Assembly: GCA_035548675.1 (NCBI GenBank)
Contig: DASZSJ010000016.1
Coordinates: forward strand, 796-64,795
DNA length: 64,000 bases
DNA from: Solirubrobacterales bacterium
GTDB taxonomy: Bacteria > Actinomycetota > Thermoleophilia > Solirubrobacterales > 70-9
Direction of reading: 5' to 3'
Below, piece after piece: positions 22,877 to 34,929 of this stretch. A program made the position numbers and the translations under genes. The number at the start of each line of letters is the position of its first letter. Position 1 is the first letter of the stretch. Under the pieces are notes generated by a model that saw nothing but the letters and a program-made list of their open reading frames with translations, was not told the DNA's origin and did not search any database.

Positions 22877-23248
22877 CTAGAGCACCTCGGGTGCGAGCGA
22901 GATGATTTTCATGAAGTTGCGATCGCGCAGCTCGCGGGCGACGGGGCCGAAGATGCGGGTGCCACGCGGATTGTTGCTGGCCGGGTCGATCAGCACCGCG
23001 GCGTTTTCGTCGAAGGAGATGTAGGTGCCGTCGGGCCGGCCGAGCTGCTTCTTGGTGCGCACGACGACGGCCTGCACGACCTCGCCTTTGCGCACGCCGC
23101 CCTGCGGGCTGGCCTGTTTGACCGTCGCCGTGATCACGTCGCCGACGCCGGCGTAGCGGCGGTGCGATCCGCCCTTGACGCGGATGCAGAGCAGCTCGCG
23201 AGCGCCGGAGTTGTCGGCGACTTTGAGTCTCGACTCCTGCTGGATCAC
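22877..23248 (-). CDS. rplN: 50S ribosomal protein L14
   Basis: N-terminus [16 protein letters not shown]... Confidence 0.95.
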   Translation of the reverse strand: MIQQESRLKVADNSGARELLCIRVKGGSHRRYAGVGDVITATVKQASPQGGVRKGEVVQAVVVRTKKQLGRPDGTYISFDENAAVLIDPASNNPRGTRIFGPVARELRDRNFMKIISLAPEVL

Positions 23249-23931
23249 TTGGCCTTCTCCAGCACCTCGACCAGGCGCCAGCGCTTGGTCTTCGACAGCG
23301 GCCGGGTCTCGACGATCCGCACGGTGTCGCCCTCGCCGGCCTCGTTGCGCTCGTCGTGGGCGTGCAGGGTCCGCGAGCGGCGCACGACCTTCTCGTAAGT
23401 CGGGTGGCGACGGGCGATGTCGATCCGCACCGTGATCGACTTCTCGCCCTTGTTCGAGACGACGATCCCCTGGCGCGTCTTCGCCGCGACGGACTCGCGC
23501 TCGGCCACAGGGGTGCCTGTCCCGCCGCTCTTGGCGCCCTTCTTGGCGGCCCGCTCTTTGCGGCGCATCCCGGCCTTCGACTTGCGCCGCGCAGCCCGCC
23601 CCGCCGCCCGCTCCTCAGGCGTGCGCTGGGGCCCCGGCTTGTGCGGCCGGCGCGACTTGGCCAGGCGACGGCGCTCCTTCCAGGGCAACTCGTCCTCGGG
23701 ATTGGGCTCGGCCTCGGAAGAAGCTTCCTTAGCCGAGGAGTCGGAAGACCCGGCCTCGGGCGCGTCGTCGTCGGGCGTGGACGCTGCTTCCGCGGGTGGC
23801 GCAGGGGTGGGGTCCTCGCCCGCAGCTTGCGAGGACGAGGACTCCTCCCCTGCGACAGGACCCGCGGACTCGGCGCCCTCGTCCTGCGGCGTCTCGTCAG
23901 TTGCGTCGTTTTTCGTCTCGTCGTCCGTCAT
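23245..23931 (-). CDS. rpsQ: 30S ribosomal protein S17 with an N-terminal extension of about 140 aa (acidic, then basic)
   Basis: The S17 core ([31 protein letters not shown]) forms the C-terminal third. The ORF start overlaps the rpmC stop as ATGA. The extension keeps the high GC3 of coding sequence. Confidence 0.8.
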   Translation of the reverse strand: MTDDETKNDATDETPQDEGAESAGPVAGEESSSSQAAGEDPTPAPPAEAASTPDDDAPEAGSSDSSAKEASSEAEPNPEDELPWKERRRLAKSRRPHKPGPQRTPEERAAGRAARRKSKAGMRRKERAAKKGAKSGGTGTPVAERESVAAKTRQGIVVSNKGEKSITVRIDIARRHPTYEKVVRRSRTLHAHDERNEAGEGDTVRIVETRPLSKTKRWRLVEVLEKAK

Positions 23932-24140
23932 CTCTTCAACTCTTTCTCCACGTCTATCCCCCGCTCACGCGCGACCGTCAGCAACCTGGCAACGTCGCGC
24001 TTGGCCTGCCCCACGCGGGCGGTGTTCTCGAGCTCTCCCGTCGCCTGGCGGAAGCGAAGGTTGAACTTCTCCTCCTTGGCGTCGATCAGCTTCGCGATCA
24101 GCTCGTCGTCTTTGAGGTCGTGTACCTCCGCTGCCTTCAC
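23928..24140 (-). CDS. rpmC: 50S ribosomal protein L29
   Basis: GTG start overlapping the rplP stop. [35 protein letters not shown]... (70 aa). Confidence 0.9.
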   Translation of the reverse strand: MKAAEVHDLKDDELIAKLIDAKEEKFNLRFRQATGELENTARVGQAKRDVARLLTVARERGIDVEKELKR

Positions 24141-24559
24141 TGCGCCTCGACCCCCTCGCGCCTGACGAACTTGGTCTTGACCGGAAGCTTGTGGCCGGCG
24201 AGGCGCAGGGCCTCGCGGGCGAGGTCCTCGGGCACCCCGGCCAACTCGAACATCACCTTGCCGGGCTTGACCACGGCGACCCAGCCCTCCGGGTTGCCCT
24301 TGCCCGAGCCCATGCGGGTCTCGGCGGGCTTCTTCGTGTAGGGCTTGTCGGGGAAGACGTTGATCCAGACCTTGCCGCCACGTTTGATCTTGCGGGTCAT
24401 CGCCACGCGGGCGGCCTCGATCTGGCGATTGGTGATCCAGCCGCGGTCCAGGGACTTCAGCCCGTACTCGCCGAAGGCGACCGTGCTGCCGCCCTTGGTG
24501 TTGCCGCGCATGCGGCCGCGCATCTGCTTGCGGTGCTTGACCCGCTTCGGCATCAGCAT
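24137..24559 (-). CDS. rplP: 50S ribosomal protein L16
   Basis: Internal ATG ([15 protein letters not shown]...), giving 140 aa. The start overlaps the rpsC stop. Confidence 0.95.
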   Translation of the reverse strand: MLMPKRVKHRKQMRGRMRGNTKGGSTVAFGEYGLKSLDRGWITNRQIEAARVAMTRKIKRGGKVWINVFPDKPYTKKPAETRMGSGKGNPEGWVAVVKPGKVMFELAGVPEDLAREALRLAGHKLPVKTKFVRREGVEAQ

Positions 24560-25329
24560 CAGCGACCGCCTCCACGCGGGCCGCCGCGGCCGCGATCGCC
24601 ACCGCGGCCGCCGCCACGACCGCCGCGATCTCCGGGTGGACGACCGCCGCGCTGGCCGCCCTGCACCGGCGCGCTGTCCTCCTCGGCGAGCTGGTCGCGG
24701 AAGCCCTCGGGCATCACCTCGCCCTTGTTGATCCAGCACTTGACGCCGATCCGGCCGGTCGTAGTGCGCGCCTCGTAGAAGCCGTAGTCGATGTTGGCGC
24801 GCAGGGTGTGGAGCGGCACGCGGCCGTCCGAGTAACCCTCGGTGCGCGCCATCTCGGCGCCGCCGAGGCGGCCGGAGACCTGGACCTTCACGCCTTTGGC
24901 GCCAGAGCGCATCGCCGAGGTGAGCGCGCGTTTCATCGCGCGGCGGAAGGCGACGCGGTTCTGCAGCTGCTCGGCGATCGACTGGGCGACCAGTTTGGCG
25001 TCGAGCTCGGGGCGCTTGACCTCGCGGATGTTCACCTTCACCGGTTTGCCGGTCAGCTTGTGCAGGTCTTTGCGCAGCGCGTCGACTTCGGAGCCCGACT
25101 TGCCGATCACGATGCCGGGGCGGGCCGTGTGGATGTCGACCGCGATCTCGCCGTGACGCTCGATCGTGATGTTCGAGAGACCGGCGTGCGCGAGCTTGTT
25201 CTCGATGTGCTCGCGGATCCTCAGGTCCTCGTTGAGCACGTCGGAGAAGTCTTTCTCCTCGAACCAGTTGGACTTCCAGTCCTGGATGTAGCCGACGCGG
25301 AAGCCGCCGGGGTGGATCTTCTGTCCCAT
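24559..25329 (-). CDS. rpsC: 30S ribosomal protein S3 with an Arg/Gly-rich C-terminal tail
   Basis: N-terminus [14 protein letters not shown]... and tail [33 protein letters not shown]. Confidence 0.95.
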   Translation of the reverse strand: MGQKIHPGGFRVGYIQDWKSNWFEEKDFSDVLNEDLRIREHIENKLAHAGLSNITIERHGEIAVDIHTARPGIVIGKSGSEVDALRKDLHKLTGKPVKVNIREVKRPELDAKLVAQSIAEQLQNRVAFRRAMKRALTSAMRSGAKGVKVQVSGRLGGAEMARTEGYSDGRVPLHTLRANIDYGFYEARTTTGRIGVKCWINKGEVMPEGFRDQLAEEDSAPVQGGQRGGRPPGDRGGRGGGRGGDRGRGGPRGGGR

Positions 25330-25330
25330 T

Positions 25331-25495
25331 AGATGCCCGCCTTCCTGGCCGAGTGCGCCTGGGGGCGCGGCTGGTCGAGCAGATCAAGGACGCAGGGTGC
25401 AGCCTTTGCTGGAGGCAAAGGCAAACCCGAGGACGCAGAGATGCGATGCGCCAGACGCGGCATCCAGGTGTGCTCGGTCGGGGAGGCGGGCATCT
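25331..25495 (-). repeat. family C intercistronic structured repeat, copy 2; fills the whole rplV-rpsC gap
   Basis: 165 nt. The closing stem is agatgcccgcct / aggcgggcatct. In mRNA sense it carries two TGCGTCCT motifs around the hairpin gcctttgc-ctcca-gcaaaggc. Confidence 0.75.
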
Positions 25496-25863
25496 TAGTC
25501 TTCCTCTTCGTCGGGGCTGAGCGCAACGGCGATGTGGCTGGTGCGCTTGTTGATCCGCGAGGCGCGGCCGAGCGCGCGCGGGCGGTAGCGGCGCAGCGTC
25601 GGGCCTTCGTCGACGGTGATCTCGGCAATCTTCATCTCGTCGGCGATCAGGTCGTGGTTGTTCTCGGCGTTGGCCGCAGCCGACTCGATCAGCTTGCTGA
25701 TGTCCTCGGCGGCGCCGCGCGGCGAAAACGCGAGCAGCGCCCTGGCCTGCTCGATGTGCAGGCCGCGGACCTGGTCGGCGACGAGGCGCGCCTTGCGCGG
25801 CGCGACGCGCACGTAGCGGGAGCTGGCGCGGACGACGATCTGCGGCTCGGCCACGTTACTCAC
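25495..25863 (-). CDS. rplV: 50S ribosomal protein L22
   Basis: 122 aa with typical L22 sequence, in conserved synteny. Confidence 0.95.
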   Translation of the reverse strand: MSNVAEPQIVVRASSRYVRVAPRKARLVADQVRGLHIEQARALLAFSPRGAAEDISKLIESAAANAENNHDLIADEMKIAEITVDEGPTLRRYRPRALGRASRINKRTSHIAVALSPDEEED

Positions 25864-26128
25864 CCTTGCCCGTGCCGGAGTGGGAGCGGAAGGTGCGGGT
25901 CGGCGCGAACTCGCCCAGCTTGTGGCCGACCATCGACTCGGAGATGAAGACGGGGACGTGCTTGCGCCCGTCGTGGACGGCGATCGTGTGGCCGACCATG
26001 TCGGGGAAGACCGTCGAGCTGCGCGACCAGGTCTTCAGCATCTGCTTCTGGCCGGACTCGTTCATCGCGGCGACGCGCTTCATCAGCGCCTCCTCCACGA
26101 ACGGCCCCTTTTTCGTCGAGCGTCCCAT
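25856..26128 (-). CDS. rpsS: 30S ribosomal protein S19
   Basis: N-terminus [15 protein letters not shown]... Confidence 0.95.
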   Translation of the reverse strand: MGRSTKKGPFVEEALMKRVAAMNESGQKQMLKTWSRSSTVFPDMVGHTIAVHDGRKHVPVFISESMVGHKLGEFAPTRTFRSHSGTGKGE

Positions 26129-26137
26129 GGCCTTGGC

Positions 26138-26980
26138 CTACCTCTTCTTCTTTCCGCGGCGACGGCCGCGCACGATGTAGCGGTCGGACTGCTTGCCCTT
26201 CTTGCGGGTGCGGTAACCGAGGGTCGGCTTGCCCCAGGGGGTCACGGGGTGGCCGCCGGGCGTGTGGTGCGCCTCGCCGCCGCCGTGCGGGTGGTCAACG
26301 GGGTTCATCGCGACGCCGCGGGTCTGCGGGCGCTTGCCCTTGTGGCGGTTGCGGCCGGCCTTGCCGATCTTGACGTTCTGGTGCTCGGCGTTGGAGAGCA
26401 CGCCAACGGTGGCGCGGCACTCGGCCCGCACCAGGCGCATCTCCGAGGAGGGCAGGCGCAGTGTCACCATCTCCCCCTCCTTCGCCGCCAGCTGGATCGA
26501 GGTCCCCGCCGAGCGGCCGAGCTTGCCGCCCTGGCCGGGGGTGAGCTCGACGTTGTGAACGATCGTGCCGGTCGGCATCTCGCCGAGCGCCAGCGCGTTG
26601 CCCGGTTTGATGTCGGCGCCGGGACCGGACTGGACCGTGTCGCCGACCGCGATCTGCGCCGGCGCGAGGATGTAGCGCTTCTCGCCGTCGGCGTAGTGGA
26701 GCAGGGCGATGTAGCAGCTGCGGTTGGGGTCGTACTCGACCGTCGCCACTTTGGCCGGCACGCCGTCCTTGAGCCGCTTGAAGTCGATTTGGCGGTAGCG
26801 CCGCTTGGCGCCGCCGCCACGGTGGCGCGCGGTGACGCGGCCGTTGGCGTTGCGGCCGCCGGACTTGCGCAGCCCATCGGTCAGCTTGCGCTCGGGGCTG
26901 GAGGCGGTCAGCTGCTCGCGCAACGGGTAGGTCGCGAAGCGGCGTCCCGGGCTGGTCGGTTTTGTTTTGCGGTTCGGCAT
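26138..26980 (-). CDS. rplB: 50S ribosomal protein L2
   Basis: 280 aa, including the typical L2 sequence ..[21 protein letters not shown].. Confidence 0.95.
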   Translation of the reverse strand: MPNRKTKPTSPGRRFATYPLREQLTASSPERKLTDGLRKSGGRNANGRVTARHRGGGAKRRYRQIDFKRLKDGVPAKVATVEYDPNRSCYIALLHYADGEKRYILAPAQIAVGDTVQSGPGADIKPGNALALGEMPTGTIVHNVELTPGQGGKLGRSAGTSIQLAAKEGEMVTLRLPSSEMRLVRAECRATVGVLSNAEHQNVKIGKAGRNRHKGKRPQTRGVAMNPVDHPHGGGEAHHTPGGHPVTPWGKPTLGYRTRKKGKQSDRYIVRGRRRGKKKR

Positions 26981-26989
26981 CCCTTGGTC

Positions 26990-27283
26990 CTATGCGGTCT
27001 CTGCGCCCTGGAACAGCTCGATCTGCTCGCCGGGGGCGAGCTGGACGATGGCCTTCTTCCAGCCGCGCGTCTTGCCCTGGTGCAGGCCGCGCCGCTTGGG
27101 CTTGGGCCGCACCTTGGCGGTGCGCACGGCGGCCACCTTGACGTCGAAGATCTCTTCCACGGCGCTGGCGATCTGGGTCTTGTGAGCCCGATCGTCGACG
27201 CGGAAGGTGTACTTGCCCTCGCCGATCAGCGCGTAGCTCTTCTCGGATACGACCGGGCGGATGATCGTCGTGCGGGCGTCCAT
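26990..27283 (-). CDS. rplW: 50S ribosomal protein L23
   Basis: Internal ATG (MDARTTIIRPVVSEKSY...), giving 97 aa. ATGA overlap with the rplD stop. Confidence 0.93.
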   Translation of the reverse strand: MDARTTIIRPVVSEKSYALIGEGKYTFRVDDRAHKTQIASAVEEIFDVKVAAVRTAKVRPKPKRRGLHQGKTRGWKKAIVQLAPGEQIELFQGAETA

Positions 27284-27900
27284 CAGACCAGTCTCTCCTG
27301 CAGCTTCTCGATCGCCTTCTCGGAAACGACCAGGGAGGCGGCGCCGATCACGTCGGCGACGCCGACGGCGCTCACCTCGGCGACCTCGACCCGCTCGATG
27401 TTGCGGAAGCTCTTGGCGGCGCCGCCCTCCTCGGGGGCGAGCACGATCAGGGTCGAGCGGCGGGCACCCCACTTGTCGAGCGCGGCGGCCGCGGTCTTGG
27501 TCGAGGGCGTCTCGAAGTCGGCGGCGTCGAGCACGGCGACGCTGTCGCGCTCGGCGTGGACGGAGAGGGCCGAGCGCAGCGCCTTGCGCCGCGCCTTGCG
27601 GTTGACCTTGACCGTGTAGTGGCGCGGCTTGGGACCGAAGGCGGTGCCGCCGCCGTAGCGGGTCGGCGAGCTGAGCGCGCCGACGCGAGCGCGGCCGGTG
27701 CCCTTCTGGCGCCAGGCCTTGGCGCCGGTCATCGCGACCTCGCCGCGGGTCAGGGTCGAGGAAGAGCCCTGGCGGCGGGAGGCGAGGTCGGCCCGCGCCG
27801 CCTCGTCGACCAGCGAGTGATGGAAGGGCTCGGCGAAGAGCTCTTTGGGCAGGTCGGCCTTGGTCGTCTTGCCGAGCACGGTCGCTTTGGTGCTAGCCAT
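27283..27900 (-). CDS. rplD: 50S ribosomal protein L4
   Basis: 205 aa in conserved synteny. Confidence 0.95.
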   Translation of the reverse strand: MASTKATVLGKTTKADLPKELFAEPFHHSLVDEAARADLASRRQGSSSTLTRGEVAMTGAKAWRQKGTGRARVGALSSPTRYGGGTAFGPKPRHYTVKVNRKARRKALRSALSVHAERDSVAVLDAADFETPSTKTAAAALDKWGARRSTLIVLAPEEGGAAKSFRNIERVEVAEVSAVGVADVIGAASLVVSEKAIEKLQERLV

Positions 27901-28522
27901 CGGTCCTCACCTCGACCATCGCGTTGCGCGAGCCCGGGACCGAGCCCTTGATCAGCAGCAGGTTCTTCTCGGCGTCGACCTGGGCGACCTCGAGGCCCTT
28001 CTGGGTGACCCGCTTGTTGCCCATCTGCCCCGGCATCCGCATGCCCTTGAAGACGCGGGCGGGGAAGGTGCTGGCGCCGATCGAGCCCGGGGCGCGCACG
28101 TTGTGCGAGCCGTGGGTGACCGGGCCGCGGCTGAAGTTGTGGCGCTTGATGCCGCCCTGGAAGCCCTTGCCGATCGAGATCCCGGAGACCTTGACCTTCT
28201 GACCCGCCTCGAAGGAGCCGACGGTGACGTCGTCGCCGATCTTGGGACCCTCCTCGGCGCCGAGGTCCTCGTCGCGGAACTCGACCAGGTGGCGCATCGG
28301 CGCCGCGCCGGCCTTCTTCAGGTGGCCTTCCTCGGCCTTGCTCAGCTTGCCCTGCTTGGTCTCGCCAAAGGCGAGCTGGACGGCGGCATAGCCGTCGCGC
28401 TCGGGCTCGCGCACCGCCGTCACCTTGCAGGGACCGGCTTCGATCACCGTGACCGGGATCACCACGCCGTCCTCGCCGAAGACCTGCGTCATGCCGAGCT
28501 TCTTGCCGAGGATCGCGGCCAT
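27893..28522 (-). CDS. rplC: 50S ribosomal protein L3
   Basis: N-terminus [15 protein letters not shown]... Confidence 0.95.
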   Translation of the reverse strand: MAAILGKKLGMTQVFGEDGVVIPVTVIEAGPCKVTAVREPERDGYAAVQLAFGETKQGKLSKAEEGHLKKAGAAPMRHLVEFRDEDLGAEEGPKIGDDVTVGSFEAGQKVKVSGISIGKGFQGGIKRHNFSRGPVTHGSHNVRAPGSIGASTFPARVFKGMRMPGQMGNKRVTQKGLEVAQVDAEKNLLLIKGSVPGSRNAMVEVRTDG

Positions 28523-28526
28523 CGTC

Positions 28527-28847
28527 CTACAGTCGGATCTCGATGTCGACGCCGGCGGGCAGCGAGTCGAGGCGCTGCAGCGAGTCGACGGTTTTCGGCG
28601 AGGGCTGGAGGATGTCGATCAGGCGCTTGTGGGTGCGCATCTCGAAGTGCTCGCGCGAGTCCTTGTCCTTGAAGGGGGAGCGGATCACGCAGTAGACGTT
28701 CTTCTCGGTCGGCAACGGCACCGGGCCGGAGACGCTGGCGCCGGTCCGCTCCGCGGTCTCGACGATCTCGCGGGCAGCCCGGTCTATGGCGTCGTGGTCG
28801 TACGCCTTCAACCGGATCCGGATTTTCTGTGCTGCTATCGCTGCCAC
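28527..28847 (-). CDS. rpsJ: 30S ribosomal protein S10
   Basis: The GTG at 28847 gives [18 protein letters not shown].... A longer start at 28889 is less consistent with usual S10 length. Confidence 0.9.
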   Translation of the reverse strand: MAAIAAQKIRIRLKAYDHDAIDRAAREIVETAERTGASVSGPVPLPTEKNVYCVIRSPFKDKDSREHFEMRTHKRLIDILQPSPKTVDSLQRLDSLPAGVDIEIRL

Positions 28848-28972
28848 TTTTCGAATTCTCTCGTCTTCTCCGCGCGCCTTACCGCGCATAAAGGGCGGGG
28901 CCCCTTTTAGGTGGGGCGCCGCCCCGGTCGTATGTCCTTTTGCAGTTGTCTCGCTGCCCGCGGGCAGCGAAA

Positions 28973-28994
28973 GGGCGGACCCGAAGGCCCGCCC
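28973..28994 (-). terminator. hairpin just downstream of tuf
   Basis: On the minus strand it reads GGGCGGGCC-TTCG-GGTCCGCCC, followed by TTTCG. It begins 13 nt after the tuf stop. Confidence 0.45.
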
Positions 28995-29006
28995 AGGAGT
29001 GAATTG

Positions 29007-30194
<1,188 letters not shown>

Positions 30195-30339
30195 CTCTCT
30201 CCGTTTCTACCTTTCGAAGTTGGGGTTCTGTCTGGCTTGCTTGTTTAAGTCTTGGGGGCGCTGCGCGGCAGCTCGATTTACGCTGCCTGCGGGCGAACCC
30301 GGGAAATATAGCTAGAACGACGCTGCGGTCCGGTCTCGC

Positions 30340-32451
<2,112 letters not shown>

Positions 32452-32607
32452 GGTTCCTAAGGTAAGGGTTTGGTTGTGAAACGGGGACGAAACAAACGCG
32501 AGCGATCTGGCAAGGGCCGGGATCGGCGCATGAAAAAGGCCCTCGCGGGCCCGGCGAAACGAACTCCGAAAAAACGTAAGTCGAAAAAGCTGCCTGAGCG
32601 ACGCGCG

Positions 32608-33480
32608 ATGATAGCAGCGGCGCGGCGTCGCATCGGCGCGGTTCTCGCCGCCGCCGCGAAGCGGACCCGGCAGCTCGATCGGGCGCTGGCGACGCGGATC
32701 GAGAAGGTGCGTCCCGTCCTGGTGCGAGCGATGCGCAGGGGGCGGCTGGGGGCGGTGCGGGCCTGGCGGGCGGCGGCCAAGCGCCTGCGGCCGGCCGCGG
32801 TCCTGCTGCTGCGGATCTTCTCGCGCGGCGAACGCCTGCTGCTGCGGGCTGGGGGCGCCTCGACGCGGGCGGCGACGCGGACCAGCGGCTGGCTGACGCC
32901 GGCGCGGGCGATCGCGGTGACCGTCCTCGGCGCCTCGGCCTGCCTGGCCGTCTCCCAGTTCGTCACCTACAGCAGCGTCGAGATCGGACAGCCGGGCTAC
33001 GCCGGGCTGACGGCGGCGGCGCCGCCGACCGTCGGCGCCGAGGCCGCGGGCCAGGCCCACTCCTATTTGTTGCTGCCGCTGGCCTTGCTGGCGGCGATCG
33101 CGGCCCTGGCGGCGTTGCGCACCGAACGGCGCGCCATCGGCCGTGTCATCGCCCTGATCGGCCTCCTCAGCCTTGCCGTGATCCTGCTCGTCGACCTGCC
33201 GGCGGGGCAGGACGCCGGCGCCCAGGCGGCGCGCTTCTCGGGCGCCGAGGCGGTGCTCAAAGGTGGCTTCTACGCCGAGCTCGCGGCGGCGGCGGGGCTG
33301 CTCTTCGGCGGACTGCTCTACTATGCGCGGCCGTGCCGAATACCAATCAACTTGTCAGGAAGGGCCGCAAGCGCCCGAAGAAGAAGACGGCGACGCCGGG
33401 ACTCAAGTCCTCGCAAGGCCGCAAGAAGGCGGTCGCGGCCCCGCAGCGCCGCGGCGTCTGCACCCGCGTCGCGACCGTAA
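32608..33480 (+). CDS. hypothetical membrane protein with 4 predicted TM segments; its 3' end runs 148 nt into rpsL in another frame
   Basis: ORF 32470..33480 has a high-GC3 coding signature and four hydrophobic segments. The start is uncertain (32470, 32530 or 32608). There is no in-frame stop before 33480. Confidence 0.45.
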   Translation: MIAAARRRIGAVLAAAAKRTRQLDRALATRIEKVRPVLVRAMRRGRLGAVRAWRAAAKRLRPAAVLLLRIFSRGERLLLRAGGASTRAATRTSGWLTPARAIAVTVLGASACLAVSQFVTYSSVEIGQPGYAGLTAAAPPTVGAEAAGQAHSYLLLPLALLAAIAALAALRTERRAIGRVIALIGLLSLAVILLVDLPAGQDAGAQAARFSGAEAVLKGGFYAELAAAAGLLFGGLLYYARPCRIPINLSGRAASARRRRRRRRDSSPRKAARRRSRPRSAAASAPASRP

Positions 33481-33728
33481 CGCCGAAGAAGCCGAACTCG
33501 GCCCTGCGCAAGATCGCCCGTGTGCGCCTGACCAACGGGATGGAGGTCACCACCTACATCCCGGGCGAGGGTCACAACCTGCAGGAGCACTCCGTGGTCC
33601 TGGTCAGGGGTGGTCGCGTCAAGGACCTGCCGGGCGTCCGCTACAAGGTCGTGCGCGGGACGCTCGACGCGGCCGGCGTCTCCGACCGCAAGCAAGCCCG
33701 TTCGCGCTACGGCGTCAAGGCTTCCTAG
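33333..33728 (+). CDS. rpsL: 30S ribosomal protein S12
   Basis: [13 protein letters not shown]...[24 protein letters not shown] start. Confidence 0.95.
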   Translation: MPNTNQLVRKGRKRPKKKTATPGLKSSQGRKKAVAAPQRRGVCTRVATVTPKKPNSALRKIARVRLTNGMEVTTYIPGEGHNLQEHSVVLVRGGRVKDLPGVRYKVVRGTLDAAGVSDRKQARSRYGVKAS

Positions 33729-33729
33729 T

Positions 33730-33894
33730 AGATGTCCTCGCCCGCGACCCCGCACACCTGGATGACGCACCTGGCGCGGCGCAGCTCTGCGTCTTCGGGC
33801 TTGCCTTTGCAACCAGCAAAGGCTGCACCCTGCGTCCTTGATCTGCTTGGCCAGTCGCGCCCCCAGATGCACGCGGCCACGAACGAGGACATCT
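33730..33894 (+). repeat. family C intercistronic structured repeat, copy 3; fills the whole rpsL-rpsG gap
   Basis: 165 nt and collinear with the reverse complement of 25331-25495. The closing stem is agatgtcctcg / cgaggacatct. The central roughly 100 nt are nearly identical between the two copies. Confidence 0.75.
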
Positions 33895-33895
33895 A

Positions 33896-34366
33896 ATGCC
33901 GCGACGTTCCGCCGCACAGATCCGCCCGGTCGAGCCCGACGCGCGCTTCCGCAACCGGCTCGTCCAGCAGCTGATCAACAAGGTGATGAGCGACGGCAAG
34001 AAGCAGCTTGCCGAGCGGATCGTCTACGACGCGCTGGCCCTGGTTGGCGAGCGCTCCGGCGAGGACGCGATCGAGACGCTGGAGGCGGCGATCAAACAGC
34101 TGACCCCGGTGCTCGAGGTCCGCTCCCGCCGGGTTGGCGGCGCCACCTACCAGGTGCCGGTCGAGGTGCCCGCGCGCCGCGCCCGCACCCTGGCCGTTCG
34201 CTGGCTCGTCGACTACGCCCGCGCCCGCCGCGAGTACTCGATGGCGGAGCGCCTCGCCGGTGAGATCCTCGACGCGACCCAGCAGCAGGGCGCTGCCTGG
34301 AAGCGCAAGGACGACATCTACCGGATGGCGCAGGCGAACAAGGCGTTCGCGCACTATCGCTGGTAG
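33896..34366 (+). CDS. rpsG: 30S ribosomal protein S7
   Basis: N-terminus MPRRSAAQIRPVEPDARFRN...; 156 aa. Confidence 0.95.
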   Translation: MPRRSAAQIRPVEPDARFRNRLVQQLINKVMSDGKKQLAERIVYDALALVGERSGEDAIETLEAAIKQLTPVLEVRSRRVGGATYQVPVEVPARRARTLAVRWLVDYARARREYSMAERLAGEILDATQQQGAAWKRKDDIYRMAQANKAFAHYRW

Positions 34367-34379
34367 TCCTCTCCGGCCC

Positions 34380-34883
34380 ATGAGCAGGCCGATCCTCGCC
34401 GTCGACATAGACGGCGTCATTTCTCTTTTCGGGTCCGAGCAGGAGCCGGATCGGACGCACACCCAGTTCCAGCTCGTGGATGGGGTGCCGCATCTGCTCT
34501 CGCTGCCGGCGGGGGATCGGCTGCGGCGCCTGAGCGAGCACTTCGAGCTGACCTGGGCGAGCGGCTGGGAGGACAAAGCCAACTTCTACCTGCCGACGAT
34601 CCTCGGCCTGCCCGAGCTTCCCCACGTCAGCTTCGACGTCGCCGCGCGGGCGGGCGGCGCGCACTGGAAGTTGGGACCGCTGGAGGAGTTCGCCGGCGGA
34701 CGGCCACTGGCCTGGATCGACGACAACTTCGACGAGAGCTGCTTCGAGTGGGCGCAGCGGCGCGAGCAACCGACACTGCTGGTCCCCACCGAGACCCACC
34801 TCGGCCTCGAGGAGGCCCACGTAGCCGCCCTCGAAGCCTGGGTCCAAGAGGTCCACACCCCCGCCGACGGGCCTCAAACGTGA
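34380..34883 (+). CDS. HAD-superfamily-like hydrolase (hypothetical)
   Basis: Internal ATG (MSRPILAVDIDGVISLFG...). It has a DxDG motif-I-like signature. Family assignment is tentative. Confidence 0.5.
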   Translation: MSRPILAVDIDGVISLFGSEQEPDRTHTQFQLVDGVPHLLSLPAGDRLRRLSEHFELTWASGWEDKANFYLPTILGLPELPHVSFDVAARAGGAHWKLGPLEEFAGGRPLAWIDDNFDESCFEWAQRREQPTLLVPTETHLGLEEAHVAALEAWVQEVHTPADGPQT

Positions 34884-34916
34884 CATATCGACACGCTTTA
34901 GGCCCGTCGGCGGTGG
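34861..34916 (+). repeat. family D hairpin repeat, copy 1
   Basis: ccgccgacgggcctcaaacgtgacatatcgacacgctttaggcccgtcggcggtgg matches the reverse complement of 46948-47007 at 51 of 56 positions. Confidence 0.7.
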
Positions 34917-34929
34917 GTACACTGACCGG

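Noticed and set aside
32538-32551. The hairpin ggccctcgcgggcc, followed on the minus strand by a UUUUU run, as a terminator upstream of fusA.
   Set aside because: The stem is short (5-6 bp). It lies in the probable fusA promoter/leader or in the basic N-terminal coding part of ORF 32470. No upstream minus-strand gene needs terminating there.
32452-33060. The upstream 200-codon extension of the fusA ORF (30340..33060).
   Set aside because: EF-G begins at [25 protein letters not shown] (32451). The extension is Arg/Pro-rich noise, and it overlaps a plus-strand ORF with a better coding signature.
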